From assembly GCA_964465455.1 (NCBI GenBank), contig CAYXJM010000001.1, forward strand, positions 1-27,184: 27,184 bases of DNA, in the 5' to 3' direction. The position numbers and the translations under genes are program-made. The stretch comes from an uncultured Klebsiella sp. (GTDB taxonomy: Bacteria > Pseudomonadota > Gammaproteobacteria > Pseudomonadales > UBA5518). Under the pieces are notes generated by a model. That model was not told where the DNA came from. It was given only the letters and a program-made list of their open reading frames with translations, and made no database searches. Position 1 is the stretch's first letter. Every line of letters begins with the position of its first letter. Of the stretch, positions 25,002-27,184 are shown one piece after another.

Positions 25002-26453
25002 TCAGGCCACACCCGGAACCGGCGCCGCCTTCCAGAAATAGCGGTGGAACCCGCGCAGGCTGTCGAAGTCCTTGATGCGGAACTCCATGCGCACCGGCGT
25101 CCCGATCGCGATTTCACCCGGGGCGAAGCCCGTGAACTCCATCATCAGAACCGCCTTGTCGGCGAAGCGCACGTTGCCGTACATCAGCGGCGGATTGCGC
25201 GACAGCGCGAGCCAGTCCTCGGTGAAGGACTTCACCTCGCCGATCTTCTCCCGCAGCGGCTCGGCGACCTGCGTGGCGGCGCGGTTGCAGGCGGGATTGA
25301 CGCAGTAGCGGGTCTTCGGGAACTGCAGCGTGTCGCAGGCCGTGCAGCGCCCGCCGACGAAGGCGGTGATCGCCTCGCGCGCGCGGAAGTGCGCCGATTG
25401 CGCCGTGCGCGTGTCGCGCTCCTCGCGCATGCCGAGATCCAGGTCGAGCAGGCGGTTGAAGGCCAGGTAGCGCAGGTAGTTGTCGTCCGCCCGGCCCTGC
25501 TGCAGCGCCGCCCCGACGCCGTGGAAGTCGCGCACTTCGGCGATGCGCCCGGTCGTCTCGAACAGCAGCGCGTCGCAGCCCTGCCCGAACCCGAGCAGCA
25601 GGATCCGCTCCCCCGGCGCCGCCGCCTCCAGCGCGGCGCAGAGCATCAGCAGCGGGTAGGCGCAGCCGCTGTAGCCGCACTTCTCGATCAGACCCGGCTG
25701 CACCGCGCTCTCGGCTATGCCGCAGGCCTTCGCCACCGCCCTGGCCGCGCCGTCCTGCAGGCCGCCGAGCACGAAGCGGTCGATCTGCGCGGGCGCGACA
25801 CCGGTCTTGCCGAGCAAGCCCGCCACGGCCCGGGGCACGATCTTCAGATAGCCCTCCTCGCGGACCCAGCGCTCCTCGAGCACGTAGTCGTAACGGGCCT
25901 GCGCTCCGCGGTAGTGATCGACCAGATCGCAGGCCACCGAGTGCGAACCGACGAAGCGCGCGAGGACGTCCTCGCTGCCGAGCAGCAGCGCCGCCGCGCC
26001 GTCGCCTGCCAGCATTTCCATCGTGCTGCCGGGCTTGGAGAGCGGCCGGTCGGCGCCGAGCACCAGCGCGGGGCCTTCGCTGCGCAGGCCGTGGATCAGC
26101 GCGCCGGTCGCGGCGCGCTGCGAACCGCCAGTGTCCACGGCGTGCAGGTCGCCCCCGAGTCCGAGCGCTTCGGCGACGACGCCGGCGTTCTGGCGGTCGA
26201 GGAAAGGCAGCGTGGTCGAGGCGAGCAGCAGTTCGCCGACGGCCCTGCGCGGCGGCAGGTGACGCAGCGCGGCCCGCGCCGCCGCGACCGCCATCGTGAT
26301 GCTGTCCTCGTCGAAACTGCCGTAGGCGCGCGCTCCCTTCGCCATGGCCGCGAGATTGGGAAAGGCCCACGCGTGGGCCTGTGCGATCGCCGTGCGTGCC
26401 AGCCGCAGCCGCGGCAGGTACGCCCCGAACGCCGAAATGCCGGTTTCCGCCAC
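25002..26453 (-). CDS. HMG-CoA-synthase/KAS-III-like fold fused to C-terminal DUF35 (Zn-ribbon + OB fold); catalytic Cys absent (483 aa)
   Basis: GTG start with GAAGGAG RBS. N-terminal GISAFGAYLPRLRL...DEDSITMAV, GDGAAALLLG and GFGQG. C-terminal GGRCTAC...CVNPAC Zn ribbon and OB-fold G.VKSFT...PVRMEFR. Confidence 0.85.
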   Translation of the reverse strand: MAETGISAFGAYLPRLRLARTAIAQAHAWAFPNLAAMAKGARAYGSFDEDSITMAVAAARAALRHLPPRRAVGELLLASTTLPFLDRQNAGVVAEALGLGGDLHAVDTGGSQRAATGALIHGLRSEGPALVLGADRPLSKPGSTMEMLAGDGAAALLLGSEDVLARFVGSHSVACDLVDHYRGAQARYDYVLEERWVREEGYLKIVPRAVAGLLGKTGVAPAQIDRFVLGGLQDGAARAVAKACGIAESAVQPGLIEKCGYSGCAYPLLMLCAALEAAAPGERILLLGFGQGCDALLFETTGRIAEVRDFHGVGAALQQGRADDNYLRYLAFNRLLDLDLGMREERDTRTAQSAHFRAREAITAFVGGRCTACDTLQFPKTRYCVNPACNRAATQVAEPLREKIGEVKSFTEDWLALSRNPPLMYGNVRFADKAVLMMEFTGFAPGEIAIGTPVRMEFRIKDFDSLRGFHRYFWKAAPVPGVA

Positions 26454-26492
26454 CTGAACACTCCTTCCCGCAGCAGCGCTGCCGCGACACTC

Positions 26493-26511
26493 ATTTGAAT
26501 ACTATTCAAAT
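26493..26511. promoter_or_regulatory. Perfect 19-bp palindrome ATTTGAATA-C-TATTCAAAT (operator)
   Basis: Perfect inverted repeat in the divergent intergenic region between the HMGS-DUF35 gene and the SnoaL gene. Confidence 0.8.
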
Positions 26512-26539
26512 TTTGCGCCGGACCACCCGCCGGTGTCAA
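26510..26539 (-). promoter_or_regulatory. Candidate sigma70 promoter for the thiolase/ACAD operon
   Basis: Minus strand TTGACA(26539-34)-N18-CAAAAT(26515-10); the operator palindrome lies over the expected start site. Confidence 0.5.
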
Positions 26540-26638
26540 GCGCAGCGCGCGCGCCCCGGCCCGCCACGGGCACGGCGCTTGCGCAGCCGCCGCGCGCTGG
26601 CCCATCATCGCCGCGCTCGGCCGCGGCAGGGGAATCCG

Positions 26639-27049
26639 GTGGACAACAAGGCAATCGTCAGTGCGTTCCTGGCCGCGGCCGCCGCAGGCGACCGCGCCTC
26701 CATGGCCGCGATACTCGCACCCGACGCGATCATCACCGAGGCTGATTCCCTGCCCTTTGGCGGCACCCACGTCGGGCTGGCGGGTTTCGAGGCACTCGTG
26801 CGGCGGGTGTTCCTGTTGTGGCGCGAGACGCGGGTCGAGATAGAGCGCCTGATCGCCGAGGGGGAGCACGTCGTCGTGCTCGCGACGATGCACGCGCGCA
26901 GCAAGGCCGACGGCGCCGCGCTGCGCATGCCGATAGCGGAAATCTGGCGACTGGAGGACGGGCGCGTCAGGGAAATCCGCCCGTTCTACTTCGACACGCA
27001 GCGCTTCAACGAGATCCTCGGCGCCTCGGCCGGAGGCCCGACGGCCTGA
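26639..27049 (+). CDS. NTF2-like / SnoaL_2 (ketosteroid-isomerase-like) protein (136 aa)
   Basis: GTG start after AGGGGA. NKAIVSAFLAA..AGD...ILAPDA...LPFGGTHVG...LIAEGEHVVV...AEIWRLEDGRVREIRPFYFDT. Confidence 0.85.
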   Translation: MDNKAIVSAFLAAAAAGDRASMAAILAPDAIITEADSLPFGGTHVGLAGFEALVRRVFLLWRETRVEIERLIAEGEHVVVLATMHARSKADGAALRMPIAEIWRLEDGRVREIRPFYFDTQRFNEILGASAGGPTA

Positions 27050-27070
27050 ACGCTCCCGCTCAGGCCGTCG
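27039..27070. terminator. Hairpin between convergent gene ends (possible bidirectional terminator)
   Basis: CGACGGCCTGA (27039-49) and TCAGGCCGTCG (27060-70) are exact reverse complements with a 10-nt spacer; there is no U-tract. Confidence 0.4.
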
Positions 27071-27182
27071 CGCCGTAGCCGGCCATGTTGCGCACGGCCG
27101 TGTGATACAGCCTGAAGGCATCGGCCAGACTCAGGCTCTCGTCGAAATAGACGGCCGAGCGCAAGCCGATCAGCATCGCGTA
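27060..27182 (-). CDS. 3' end of a truncated gene (...YAMLIGLRSAVYFDESLSLADAFRLYHTAVRNMAGYGATA*), possibly a TetR-family regulator C-terminus
   Basis: Open frame from the window edge to TGA at 27060-62 with GC3-rich codons and amphipathic helical character. The family guess is weak because no HTH is visible. Confidence 0.45.
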   Translation of the reverse strand, partial: YAMLIGLRSAVYFDESLSLADAFRLYHTAVRNMAGYGATA

Positions 27183-27184
27183 GG

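Noticed and set aside
25002-26453. Mevalonate-pathway HMG-CoA synthase
   Set aside because: The catalytic Cys is replaced, it is fused to DUF35, and no HMG-CoA reductase or mevalonate kinases are nearby.
23778-26498. 906-aa plus-strand ORF
   Set aside because: Antisense to the thiolase and HMGS-DUF35 genes; no motifs.
1-27184. CRISPR arrays, tRNA/rRNA, transposases, integrases, tandem repeats
   Set aside because: None seen; coding density is near-continuous and composition is uniform apart from short AT-rich promoter patches.

Overview
A very GC-rich (roughly 70% by eye) bacterial window, probably from a diderm proteobacterium because it carries TonB-dependent receptors, a lipoprotein and Tat/Sec-exported enzymes. 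It is almost entirely one catabolic gene cluster of about 23 complete genes plus one truncated gene, in divergent and convergent units: minus 101-11745, plus 12059-20756, minus 20772-26453, plus 26639-27049. Uptake and periplasmic oxidation: two TonB-dependent receptors, a secreted DUF3604 PHP-fold metallohydrolase, a PQQ/heme-c lipoprotein dehydrogenase (PVA-dehydrogenase-like), and a Tat-exported KstD-like flavoprotein with a partner monoheme cytochrome c. Cytoplasmic enzymes: a Rieske oxygenase alpha subunit, an acyl-CoA ligase, a heteromeric-type acyl-CoA dehydrogenase pair, MaoC/hot-dog hydratases, two SDRs, a crotonase, an amidohydrolase, an SCP2-type thiolase with a catalytically dead HMGS-like/DUF35 fusion partner, and four NTF2/SnoaL-like proteins. 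The set points to degradation of a bulky, lipophilic, branched or cyclic carboxylic compound (steroid-, bile-acid- or terpenoid-like); the substrate is an inference. Highlights: (i) one NTF2 protein aligns by eye over its full length with the lindane dehydrochlorinase LinA but carries the BaiE-type Tyr/Asp/His set; (ii) a palindrome TTGAATA-N-TATTCAA recurs in three of the four AT-rich promoter regions, with a degenerate copy in the fourth, defining a probable regulon; (iii) there is a 33-bp fully overlapped bidirectional sigma70-type promoter; (iv) there is a PhlA-PhlB-like fusion next to a PhlC-like thiolase. No rRNA, tRNA, CRISPR array or mobile element was seen. All family calls come from motif recognition, not database searches.
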